The notes beneath the pieces were generated by a model. That model was not told the DNA's origin. It saw only the letters and a program-made list of their open reading frames with translations, and did not search any database. The translations under genes were made by a program, and so were the position numbers. A stretch of 46,020 nt of DNA from positions 1-46,020 of the forward strand of contig NZ_CAUQWC010000001.1 of assembly GCF_963521695.1 (NCBI RefSeq), read 5' to 3'. Source of the stretch: an uncultured Microbacterium sp. Its GTDB lineage: Bacteria; Actinomycetota; Actinomycetes; Actinomycetales; Microbacteriaceae. Each line of letters begins with the position of its first letter. Position 1 is the first letter of the stretch. Shown here in pieces: positions 9,623 to 18,313 of this stretch.

Positions 9623-10312
9623 CTACGGCTGGACGCGGATCTTCACGGGGCTGATCGAACCTTGCACCGCGGTAGACCCGGCCTTGTAGACGTTGAACCC
9701 GAGGGTGAAGTCCGCCCCGGACTGCGGGCCCTGGAACGTCCACTCACCGTGCACGTGGCTGAGCTTGCCGGCCGTGCCCGGCTTCCACACCGTCACCCGG
9801 CTCGTGCTGGTGTTCGCGCTGCTGGTGGAGCCGGTTGCCGTCCCATCCGGGTTCGCCTCACCCGTGATCGAGGCGTTGCCAGAGTTCGTGCCTGATGCCT
9901 TCAGCACGTCCACCGAAATGGAAGCCGGGCAGCCGCTACCGGTGGCGGAGGCGTACTGGAACCCGATGAAGGGGATGTCTTCCTCGTAAATCTCGTTGCT
10001 CGAGACGCGGTACGCGCCACTGCTGTAAGTGATTGCCGCTGCGGGGGCAGCGGAGTCGTCGTAGAGGAAGCTGTGGGTGCCAATCTGGCTGGGCGGGATG
10101 TGCCCACCGTCCTCGCGGTAGGTGTCGATGGTGAGCGCCCCGGAGTCGCACGAGACCGACACGATGTCGGTGTGGCCGGCGGTGAAGGTGGCCGCGTTCG
10201 CAGCGGAGGCACCCATGCCCAGGGTCAGAACGGACAGGCCCGCGACTGCGGCCACACCCAGGAAGGTGCGGGAGCGACGGGTGTCCGGGCGATCGGTGAG
10301 AACAGAACTCAT
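9623..10312 (-). CDS. Secreted single-domain protein with TIGR03769-like His motifs and no membrane anchor
   Basis: ATG 10312 follows an AAGGAAG RBS. Signal peptide ends ANA-AT, motifs GHTDI and SHVHGEWTF are present, and there is no hydrophobic C-terminus. Confidence 0.72.
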   Translation of the reverse strand: MSSVLTDRPDTRRSRTFLGVAAVAGLSVLTLGMGASAANAATFTAGHTDIVSVSCDSGALTIDTYREDGGHIPPSQIGTHSFLYDDSAAPAAAITYSSGAYRVSSNEIYEEDIPFIGFQYASATGSGCPASISVDVLKASGTNSGNASITGEANPDGTATGSTSSANTSTSRVTVWKPGTAGKLSHVHGEWTFQGPQSGADFTLGFNVYKAGSTAVQGSISPVKIRVQP

Positions 10313-10784
10313 GAGATGTACTTCTTCCTTGCAGATTTGTGGAGTGCGACAACGTCGCGAAGAGTGAGAAGCGGAGGCCGACGGTCGACGCTGGCCGGAG
10401 CACCACAACCCCGTCCCGCATCCGCTCCGTGCCAGGACAAGGCGCGGTGGCGGTCAGCAGGACGGGCGCAACATTCGGTCGGAATACACGAAGTGCGCGC
10501 GACGCCACCCCGTGTGCTGCGCCCTCATGGGCACCCACCCCGCGCGGCATCCGAATCCGTAGAGGGGAACGGATGCCACGGTCGATACCGCGTCGGTCCC
10601 CCACCCGCACCGGGGCGCGCCGCCCACCAGAAGGTATCCGCGGCCGTGCAGATGGGGAGAGCGAGCGTCGGGTTGCGCGACGAATAGAGAGGGGACAACG
10701 GCGACGGCGGTGTGCGTCATGCTTGTCCCCCCGTCTCCGAAAACCGAGTCGTCGAAAGCCGCGCGTGCGCGTCACGACGGATCC

Positions 10785-10822
10785 TATTGAGAATGATTAT
10801 CACTTGACAATCATTTGCATTT
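10785..10822. promoter_or_regulatory. Tandem Zur-like boxes upstream of the anchored-repeat operon
   Basis: TATTGAGAAT-G-ATTATCACTT (10785-10805) and ACTTGACAAT-C-ATTTGCATTT (10802-10822) are AT-rich 10-1-10 imperfect palindromes resembling the actinobacterial Zur consensus. Confidence 0.75.
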
Positions 10823-10959
10823 TGATGGAGAGGGACAGCCCTGTCAAATCTCGACAGGAGCCACACCCATGTCTTCACACTGGAGGATGCCGCGATTCGC
10901 CCGCTGAGACGGATACGGCGAGCGCGCCGCGCTGAGATACGGCGGGCTTCAGTCGGAAG

Positions 10960-11570
10960 CGTTCCGAGAGGCAACATCGCGGCCCTCGGGGCTTGGTGAC
11001 GGAGCACGCAGGTCGATACCGTAAGGCGCGGGAACTCGATGATCACTTCGAGCACAATCGCGGCAGAGACGACCAGCCCCTCGGACAGAGCGACGGTGGT
11101 GATGGCGAGCATGAGGGGCGCGTTGCGGGCCGACGTGGTCGTCGTCAGCAGGGCATGGGTGGGCCCATCAAGACGGAGTGCCCGCCCAACGACCTCACCC
11201 ACGGCAGACATGACGACAAGTAACAGGAAGACAACCCAAAAGTGCCACCGAACGCAACGGGATTGGTCAGGATCGTGTCGACGTGAGCTGGAAAGAGGCC
11301 CAGGATCACGACGGCGATCACAATTGTCACGGTCCAGTCAGCCGCTCGCGTGAGCCGTTCCCGCAGGGCCGGCGGAGGTCCAACCACAGCAGGACGGACA
11401 GATCGAGGGCGGCGCCCGCGGCCACGGCGAACTACGCCCACAGCATCGGATAGATCACATCGAGCGTTGGAGCCGCCTACTGAGCCGTGAACAGCGCCAG
11501 CCAGGCCGGGCGGAGCAGAAGCCGAACCGCCATCAGGAGGGGGATGAGTGCCACCCCGTGGCCAAAAGCC
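10960..11570 (-). pseudogene. Acr3/SBF-family 'arsenic resistance protein' remnant, frameshifted and 5'-truncated (limits approximate)
   Basis: Fragments in different frames: GVALIPLLMAVRLLLRPAWLALFT, IVIAVVILGLF and TTSARNAPLMLAITTVAL..IEFP, with in-frame stops. Confidence 0.65.
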
Positions 11571-11706
11571 TCAAGCTACGCGGGTGAACCCGAGCAACCC
11601 GCCCGGGCAGGGCGAAACCATAGCTCGCCGCCCTCAACCGCGACGCGGCTGAGGGTATCAGCGCGGAGGCTAGCGCGAGCGTAGAGAAAGCTTCTCAGCT
11701 ACATAA

Positions 11707-11730
11707 ATGTATAGACATTCGCTTATGCAT
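11707..11730. promoter_or_regulatory. Putative ArsR/SmtB operator
   Basis: Imperfect inverted repeat ATGTATAGAC-ATTC-GCTTATGCAT, 16 bp upstream of the ArsR start. Confidence 0.5.
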
Positions 11731-11746
11731 GCTGTGAGATGGAGCC

Positions 11747-12070
11747 ATGCACCAACCAGTGGGCCTGGATGCCACGGCGGATCTGTTCAAGGTCCTTGGG
11801 TCGTCCTCGCGCCTGCTACTTCTTCGCCTGCTGGCATCCGAGCCCTCCGGGGTCGGTGTCCTCGCCGAGCGCAGTGAAATGTCCCAGCCCCTTGTCTCGC
11901 AGCATCTGCGAACGCTGAGACAGGCCGGCATCGTCACCGTGACACGTAGGGGCCGCGAGGCTCTTTACCAGCTCGCCGACCACCACATCACGCACGTCAT
12001 CGACGATGCAATTGCCCATGTTCTCGAAGAGAAAGCCCTCGACCAAGGAGAGACTGATGAGCACGACTGA
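11747..12070 (+). CDS. ArsR/SmtB family metal-sensing transcriptional repressor
   Basis: LFKVLGSSSRLLLL, HTH MSQPLVSQHLRTLRQAGIV, and an alpha5-like site LADHHITHVIDDAIAH. Confidence 0.9.
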   Translation: MHQPVGLDATADLFKVLGSSSRLLLLRLLASEPSGVGVLAERSEMSQPLVSQHLRTLRQAGIVTVTRRGREALYQLADHHITHVIDDAIAHVLEEKALDQGETDEHD

Positions 12071-12353
12071 GATCCACGCGGAGCACACCATCGCCGAGTA
12101 TTAGCACGGCACCGACTGCGGACACGAGGCCGTTCAGCACGACGGTCACATCGACTACGTGCACGGAACCCACCACCACGCGGTCCACGGCGATCACTAC
12201 GACGAGCATGAGAGCGTCGCAGAGCACACCGTTGCAGACCACGCCCACGCTTCGGACTGCGGTCACGAGGCCGTCCCGCACGACGACCACGTCGACTACG
12301 TGCACGACGGGCACAAGCACGCCGCCCACGGCGAGCACTACTACGAGCACTGA
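12057..12353 (+). pseudogene. His-rich two-repeat metal-binding protein with a premature TAG at 12102-12104
   Basis: ATG 12057 follows AAGGAG and overlaps the ArsR end. MSTTEIHAEHTIAEY*HGTDCGHEAVQHDGHIDYVH...DCGHEAVPHDDHVDYVHDGHKH; 25 His in 98 codons. Confidence 0.8.
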
Positions 12354-12428
12354 GCCAACGTCGCGGGTCGCATGCTGACGAACAGGGGCTGGCGGGGTAC
12401 CGTCGGCCAATCTTCGCATGGGCCGGCA

Positions 12429-13661
12429 TCAAGCGGGTGAACTCTTCACTCGGCGAAACCGCGGATGGATCATCACGAACGCCGCGACGATCGCCATGAT
12501 TGCGGCACCGACGATGACAGGGAGCGGACCCCACACGCCATAGAGCACGGTGGCGGCCGTCGGTGCGATGACGAACGTCAGGCCGTTAGTCGCCCCGGTG
12601 AGCCCCGCCAGTGCGCCCTGCTCCTCCCGTCGCAGGAGCAGTGATGGCCCGGCGGTGTAGCCCGGGCTGGCAATCCCGAGGCCGAGACCGATCAGCAGAA
12701 TCGCCGCGACCAGAGGAACGGCCCCCAGGTCGGGAATCAGCACGGCGAAGCCGAGGAGAGCGACGATGCTCCCGACGCGTAGGAGCGTTCCTGGCGACCA
12801 GCCGCTGCGCGGCACGATGACCGCCTGCGCGACGATGAGACCAAGTCCCGCCGCAAGCAGGGCACCGCCAGTCACCACCCCGGTCATCGCGGAGTCGAGT
12901 CCGAGCCGGTCCTGCACGAGGAATCCGATCACCACCTGGATGAAGCCGAGCGCGGTGAACATCCCAAATCCGGCCACAAGGAACGGCCAGATCCGGGTGT
13001 CGCGTGGGCTGACGCGGGCGGGCACGGAGATGAGCTCGTGCCGTTCCTCCGGGCGCAGGCGGAATGCGATGATCACGAGACCTGCCCCGAGCAGGATCGG
13101 CACTACGATCAGCGGCGCCAAGAGGCCGAGCCCCGCGAGCGCGCCGCCGATGACCGCCCCGCCGATCATCGCCATCCCCTGCACGGCGCCGACGCCCGCC
13201 ATGCCTTTGACGCGGGTGGCCTCGTCGGTCGTAACGTCGGCGATGTAGGCCTGCGCAGTGGGTGGGACGGCGGCGATCGCGGCACCGAAGCCGACGCCGC
13301 GAAGAACGAGGAAGAGCAAGAAAAGGACGGCTCCGGCAAGTGCGCCGGTCATCCCCAGCCAGGCGACGACGGTGAATAGCATCATGGCCACGGTCGCGAT
13401 CGCGAAAGCTGTCACGAGCACAGGTTTGCGGCCCGCTGACTGCGAGCGACGCCCCCAGTACTGGCTCGTGAGCACGAGGGTGAGCGCGGCGGTGCTGATC
13501 GTGACGCCAACCTGCCACGCCGCGAGGCCCACCTCGCGGGCGAGCGGTGCGATGATCGGATTCAGGGTCATCTGGCCGAGGTAGACCAGGAAGACCGCCC
13601 CGAGGACGAGGGGGATCTGCGGCTTGCGCTCACTCTGCCGGGTGGTCGATGACGTCGTCAT
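12429..13661 (-). CDS. MFS transporter
   Basis: About 12 hydrophobic segments, motif A-like WGRRSQSAGRKP and AQAYIADVT. Coupled to the upstream ATPase (ATGA). Confidence 0.9.
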   Translation of the reverse strand: MTTSSTTRQSERKPQIPLVLGAVFLVYLGQMTLNPIIAPLAREVGLAAWQVGVTISTAALTLVLTSQYWGRRSQSAGRKPVLVTAFAIATVAMMLFTVVAWLGMTGALAGAVLFLLFLVLRGVGFGAAIAAVPPTAQAYIADVTTDEATRVKGMAGVGAVQGMAMIGGAVIGGALAGLGLLAPLIVVPILLGAGLVIIAFRLRPEERHELISVPARVSPRDTRIWPFLVAGFGMFTALGFIQVVIGFLVQDRLGLDSAMTGVVTGGALLAAGLGLIVAQAVIVPRSGWSPGTLLRVGSIVALLGFAVLIPDLGAVPLVAAILLIGLGLGIASPGYTAGPSLLLRREEQGALAGLTGATNGLTFVIAPTAATVLYGVWGPLPVIVGAAIMAIVAAFVMIHPRFRRVKSSPA

Positions 13662-15133
13662 GTCAACTCCTTCACGGATGCGGGCGTCGGTAGGGAGACG
13701 GTCGCTGAGTACGGCGTCACGAGGGACAGCTGCCGGTCCGCGGCGAGGGCGAGCAGATCCTCGTCGTGGCTGATGAGCAGCACCACTGCGCCGTCGGCGG
13801 CGACGCGACGGATCTGTTCGGCGATCGACTGCAGGTGTCGGCGGTCGACGCCCGACGACGGCTCGTCGAACACAACGATGCGTCGGCCCGCGACCCGCAC
13901 GGCTGCCACGACAAGACGCTGCTGCTGACCGCCGGACAGTGACAGCGGGTGACGCTCGGCGAGATGGTCGAGATCGAGGGAGGCGAGAACCGCGTCGGCG
14001 TCGGTCGCAACCACATCGGCGCCCGCGAGGGCGATCTCCGCCGAGACCGTCTCGGTGAACAGCTGACGCTGCACGTCCTGCATGACGACGGCGCTCGCGC
14101 GCTGTCGCGCGCGCAGGGAGAGGGCGGCGCCGTCGAGGCGCACGCTCCCCACGCTGCGCTGCAAGCCGGTGACGATGCGGGCGAGGGTCGATTTCCCCGC
14201 CCCGTTCGCGCCGCGGATAGCCGTGACCTCCCCCGCCGCGAAGGCGGCGCGGTCGAAGTCGATCACCCTGCGGCCACCGAGTGTGCAGCGGATGCCCTCG
14301 AGCACCAGTGCCGCACCGGGCACCGACGCGGCGGGCGATGCAGCACTCGCACCGACCGCGGCGATCTCGGGCAGCGTTGCAGGCTTGACGACACCGCGCA
14401 GACCCTCGGCCGCGAGCGTCTCCTCGGAGATCTGGCGGAACTCATCGTGGGTCCAGACGACGTCGATCGCGCCGTCGCGCATCACGACGACGCGGTCGAG
14501 CACGTCCTGCAGGTAGCGCAGGCGATGCTCGGCGACGACGATGGTCATGCCGGCGGCCTTGAGCGCGGCGAGCGTGGCGGCGAGACGGGCAATGGCATCG
14601 ACCGACAGGTTCGACGACGGTTCATCGAGGAGTAGCACTCGCGGCTCGTGCGCCGCGGCCGATGCGATCGCGACCTGCTGCTGCTGGCCGCCCGACAGGG
14701 CCTGCAACGACTGTCCGAGCGGCACAAACGCAGCGAGGCCGTCCAGAGCGTCTGCGACGCGCTCGCGGGTGTGCTCACGCTCGTACCCGAGATTTTCCAT
14801 CGCGAACGCTACTTCGTCGCGGGCGGAGTCCGTGAAAAACTGCCGGCGCGGGTGCTGCAGCACCGTGCCCGTGACGGCGCCGAGCGCGTCGAGCTCAACG
14901 GCGGTCGTCACGAGACCCGCAACCGTGACGGTTCCGGTCAGCACTCCTTCGTCGTGGAACTGCGGCACCAGTCCGTTGAGCAGCCGCAGCGCGGTCGACT
15001 TCCCGGAGCCCGAGGCTCCGCACAGCACGACGACTTCGCCCTCGCCGACAGTCAGGTTGAGACCTCGCAGCGAGGGCCGCTCCGCGTGCGGGTAGGTCCA
15101 CTCGACGTCCTCGACACGGATGACAGGGGTCAT
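13658..15133 (-). CDS. ECF-type ABC ATPase with two fused ATPase domains
   Basis: GASGSGKST...LSGGQQQ...LLLDEPSSNL, then GANGAGKST...HPLSLSGGQQQR...FDEPSSGVD. Confidence 0.9.
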   Translation of the reverse strand: MTPVIRVEDVEWTYPHAERPSLRGLNLTVGEGEVVVLCGASGSGKSTALRLLNGLVPQFHDEGVLTGTVTVAGLVTTAVELDALGAVTGTVLQHPRRQFFTDSARDEVAFAMENLGYEREHTRERVADALDGLAAFVPLGQSLQALSGGQQQQVAIASAAAHEPRVLLLDEPSSNLSVDAIARLAATLAALKAAGMTIVVAEHRLRYLQDVLDRVVVMRDGAIDVVWTHDEFRQISEETLAAEGLRGVVKPATLPEIAAVGASAASPAASVPGAALVLEGIRCTLGGRRVIDFDRAAFAAGEVTAIRGANGAGKSTLARIVTGLQRSVGSVRLDGAALSLRARQRASAVVMQDVQRQLFTETVSAEIALAGADVVATDADAVLASLDLDHLAERHPLSLSGGQQQRLVVAAVRVAGRRIVVFDEPSSGVDRRHLQSIAEQIRRVAADGAVVLLISHDEDLLALAADRQLSLVTPYSATVSLPTPASVKELT

Positions 15134-15900
15134 GAGAGGCCCTTCGATAGCAGGATGATGGCGGCGAGGGCGGCGGTGAGCAGAATCACGAGAAGGTCGC
15201 CGAGCCCGAAGCGAGGCGGCACGAGCGGCACCGGCGTGCGATGCGAGCCGAGACCGCGCAGGATCGCCGCCGCCGACAGGTCCTCACTCGCCCGCAGGCT
15301 CGCGGCGATCATCGGAACGACGAATCGTTCGACGGATCGCAGCGGATGCCGCGCTACACCGCGCGCGCCGAGCAGGCCACGCAGTCGCATGGCGTCAAGG
15401 ACGGCGCGCGCTTCGTTGGCGACCACCGGGAAGAAGCGCACCATGACGCCGACTGTCACGGCGATCGGGCGGGGCACCCGCCACGCGCGGAGGGAGGCGC
15501 TCAGACGTGTCGGAGTGGTGGTGGCGACCAGGTGAGCGCCGATGGCCGCGACGAGAACGAAGCGGAGCATGTAGGAGGCCCCGACGCCAGTGGTCGCCGT
15601 AACCGCGTTCGGCCACACGATCGGCAGCCAGAACCCGAGAGCTGCCAGCACACCGACGGCGACGAGCAGAGTGAGGGCGCGGCGCCACGCGCGCTCCCAG
15701 ATGGTGAGAGCAAGGCCCACGACGAACGCCGCCGGCATCCACCTCACACCGTCCACCTGCATAACCGCAACGCTCGTCGCAACCAGGAGCAGGATGGCCG
15801 TGCGAGGGTCGAGCCCCGGGGTCGGGCGCGAACGTGCAATGTCGACGCCGACGGCGTGCATGCCCGTGCGGCGAGTGCCGTCGACGTCGACTCGGGTCAT
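15130..15900 (-). CDS. ECF transporter transmembrane T component
   Basis: LDPRT N-terminal motif, VRFFP, AMRLRG and ILRG motifs. ATG 15900 overlaps the upstream stop. Confidence 0.88.
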   Translation of the reverse strand: MTRVDVDGTRRTGMHAVGVDIARSRPTPGLDPRTAILLLVATSVAVMQVDGVRWMPAAFVVGLALTIWERAWRRALTLLVAVGVLAALGFWLPIVWPNAVTATTGVGASYMLRFVLVAAIGAHLVATTTPTRLSASLRAWRVPRPIAVTVGVMVRFFPVVANEARAVLDAMRLRGLLGARGVARHPLRSVERFVVPMIAASLRASEDLSAAAILRGLGSHRTPVPLVPPRFGLGDLLVILLTAALAAIILLSKGLS

Positions 15901-16541
15901 GCCAGGCCGGCCTTGCGGAAGTGCTTCGCGAGCAGGCGGGTGCCCAGCAGACCGCCGAGGAACCCGCACACCACGGTCGCGAAGAACATGAGCAGGATCG
16001 TCGGCACCGTCACGAGCTCGCGGAACACCCGGGCGTAGTCCTCGCCGTAGGCTTCGAGGCCGTAGTTCGCGAGGTATCCCGCGGGGTCGATCAGGAACGG
16101 CACCCACGGTCCGATGAACCAGGCGGAGAACACCGTGTAGGTCCAGATGGCCGCCCACGTGCTGCGGTAGTTTCCCGCAGCCATGATGAACTCGCCCACG
16201 AGTGAGACCACCACGATGAGAAGCGCGGACTGCCAGGGGTGACCGATGACCAGGTCGAGGCCGGCCAGCGCGACACCCATGAGGGTCGCCATCCCCGCGT
16301 GACGCACACGGGTGAGGAAGAGCATGTACGGGATGCCGGCCACGATTGGCGTGAGGGGAAGCGTGGCGATCATCACTACGGGGCTGATGACGCCGAGCAT
16401 CGCCATGGCGAACACGACGACGAAGTAGATGACGGCAAAGATTGCGACGTTGACGATGTCGCGGGCGGTGAAGCGCAGCGACCGCTGAGCGGGTGCAGGT
16501 GCAGGTGCAGGTGCAGCCTTGGCGTCGGTGGGCTGGGTCAT
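15897..16541 (-). CDS. MptD-family putative ECF S component
   Basis: FTARDIVNVAIF...GIPYMLFLTRV...G.RLLAKHFRKAGLA, a pattern typical of this family. Confidence 0.85.
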   Translation of the reverse strand: MTQPTDAKAAPAPAPAPAQRSLRFTARDIVNVAIFAVIYFVVVFAMAMLGVISPVVMIATLPLTPIVAGIPYMLFLTRVRHAGMATLMGVALAGLDLVIGHPWQSALLIVVVSLVGEFIMAAGNYRSTWAAIWTYTVFSAWFIGPWVPFLIDPAGYLANYGLEAYGEDYARVFRELVTVPTILLMFFATVVCGFLGGLLGTRLLAKHFRKAGLA

Positions 16542-18313
16542 TGGGGTTCCTTTCGTGTGGGGTGCGCCGGATGCGCGGGGAAGTCGGTGTCGGCGAGCTG
16601 CCAGCCAGCGGCATCCACTCGTTCCCGCCAGTAGTCGGCGTAGGTACCGTCCGCGGCGAGCAGCTCGGCGTGGGTGCCGGTTTCGCGGATGCCGCCCTCG
16701 CCGTCGAGCATGATGATGCGGTCCGCGGTCATGATCGTCTGCAGGCGATGCGCGACGACGATCATGGTTCGCCCCATGCGCGAATGGTCGATCGCATCGC
16801 CGATAGCGATTTCGTTGCCGATGTCGAGCGCGGATGTCGCTTCGTCCAACAGCACGATCGGTGCATCCTTGAGGAGCGCCCGCGCGATAGACACGCGCTG
16901 TCGTTCGCCGCCGGAGAGGTTCGAGCCCCCTTCGCCGACGCGCGCGTCCCAGCCGCCGGGAAGTCGTCCGGCGATCTGGTCCACACGTGCACGCCTCGCC
17001 GCTGCGACGACCTCCTCACGGGAAGTGTCCGGGTTGCCGATCCAGATGTTGTTTAGGATCGTGTCGTCGAACAGGTACACGTCCTGGAACACCGGGGCCA
17101 CGGCGTTCTCGACCACCGCGGTGCCGAGTTCTGGAAGGGGTACGCCCCCGATCGACACGGAGCCGACCTCGGGGTCGTAGAAGCGGGCGATGAGCTTGGT
17201 GATGGTCGTCTTACCCGATCCGGAAGGACCGACGATCGCTGTCATGCGGCCGGCCGGGGCGGTGAAACTCAGTCCGCGGAGCACCGCCGAGCCGCCGTAG
17301 CCGAAGGTGACGTCGCGGAACTCTACGCTCCAGTCTTCGGGAACGGCCGGGGCGGCCGGCTCGGGCAGCGGCTCGACGGTGTACAGCGCGTCGAGCTGGT
17401 CGAGCGTGGTGCGGGCCACGGCCACGCCGCCGCCGAGATCGCCGGCGTTCATGATCGGCTCGTTGAAGCGGATGCCGAGGACGAGCAGCGCGATGAGCGT
17501 CGCCGGCTCGACCAATCCTCCGATGGCGAGGAACGTCCCGAGGACCAAGACGACTGTCATCGACAGCTGCACGAGCCCCGCGAAGGTGGCGATGCCGGCC
17601 CCGCCGCCGAAGAGCAGTCGACGGTAGGCGTGGTGCTGGTTCTCGAGCGCCTCCGAAACGAGCCGGTCGGCGACCGATCCGTCTCCCGCGGTGCGAAGCG
17701 TCGGCTGGACCCGGGCGAACTCGATGACACGGCTCGACGCTTCCGACACGGCCTCGGCGTGAACTTTGTCGCCACGGCCGATCGCGGTGTGGACCATGCG
17801 ATAGCCAACGGCGAGGACGGGGACCATCACCGTCATCGCCGCGGCGAGCCGCCAGTCTAAGAAGTACATCCCGACGAGGACCGTCGCGGGGGTGACGAAA
17901 CCGGTCAGGATCGGCCGCAGCACAGCGTACGGGGCGGTGGAGACGAACATCGCGCCCTGCGTCGCGATGCTCGTCGTGAGACCTGTGCGGTCTGTGGTGA
18001 ACCAGGCGATCGGCAGGTCGACGAGACGATCCCCCAGGCACTCGAGGAGAGACTCCAGGACGGCGGTGCTGGCCTCCATGCCGACCTGGCTCGCGACCCA
18101 CGCCGTCGCGAAATACAGCGCCGCGACGATGGCCTCGACGAGCAGCCACCCGCCGACGGCATCCGTCTTCGCCGTGAACAGCGAGCTCAGCAGCGGAACG
18201 AGCAGCAGGAACGCGACTCCCTGGAGGATCGCGGATGCCGCGACAAAAGCGAGCTCGATCAGGACGAGTCTGCGCGCTCGCGCCGACGAATAGTGCAGCA
18301 GGCGGCGGATCAT
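16538..18313 (-). CDS. Fused ABC transporter permease/ATPase (IrtB/YbtQ/MptB-like)
   Basis: ATG 18313 (MIRRLLHYSS) overlaps the upstream stop. TM domain, GPSGSGKTT, LSGGERQRVSIARA, LLDEATSALD. Confidence 0.9.
   Translation of the reverse strand: MIRRLLHYSSARARRLVLIELAFVAASAILQGVAFLLLVPLLSSLFTAKTDAVGGWLLVEAIVAALYFATAWVASQVGMEASTAVLESLLECLGDRLVDLPIAWFTTDRTGLTTSIATQGAMFVSTAPYAVLRPILTGFVTPATVLVGMYFLDWRLAAAMTVMVPVLAVGYRMVHTAIGRGDKVHAEAVSEASSRVIEFARVQPTLRTAGDGSVADRLVSEALENQHHAYRRLLFGGGAGIATFAGLVQLSMTVVLVLGTFLAIGGLVEPATLIALLVLGIRFNEPIMNAGDLGGGVAVARTTLDQLDALYTVEPLPEPAAPAVPEDWSVEFRDVTFGYGGSAVLRGLSFTAPAGRMTAIVGPSGSGKTTITKLIARFYDPEVGSVSIGGVPLPELGTAVVENAVAPVFQDVYLFDDTILNNIWIGNPDTSREEVVAAARRARVDQIAGRLPGGWDARVGEGGSNLSGGERQRVSIARALLKDAPIVLLDEATSALDIGNEIAIGDAIDHSRMGRTMIVVAHRLQTIMTADRIIMLDGEGGIRETGTHAELLAADGTYADYWRERVDAAGWQLADTDFPAHPAHPTRKEPQ

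Noticed and set aside
12102..12104. In-frame TAG as possible pyrrolysine or programmed read-through
   Set aside because: There are no pyl genes in the window, the adjacent codon also looks mutated, and the region has many other pseudogenes. Nonsense mutation is simpler.
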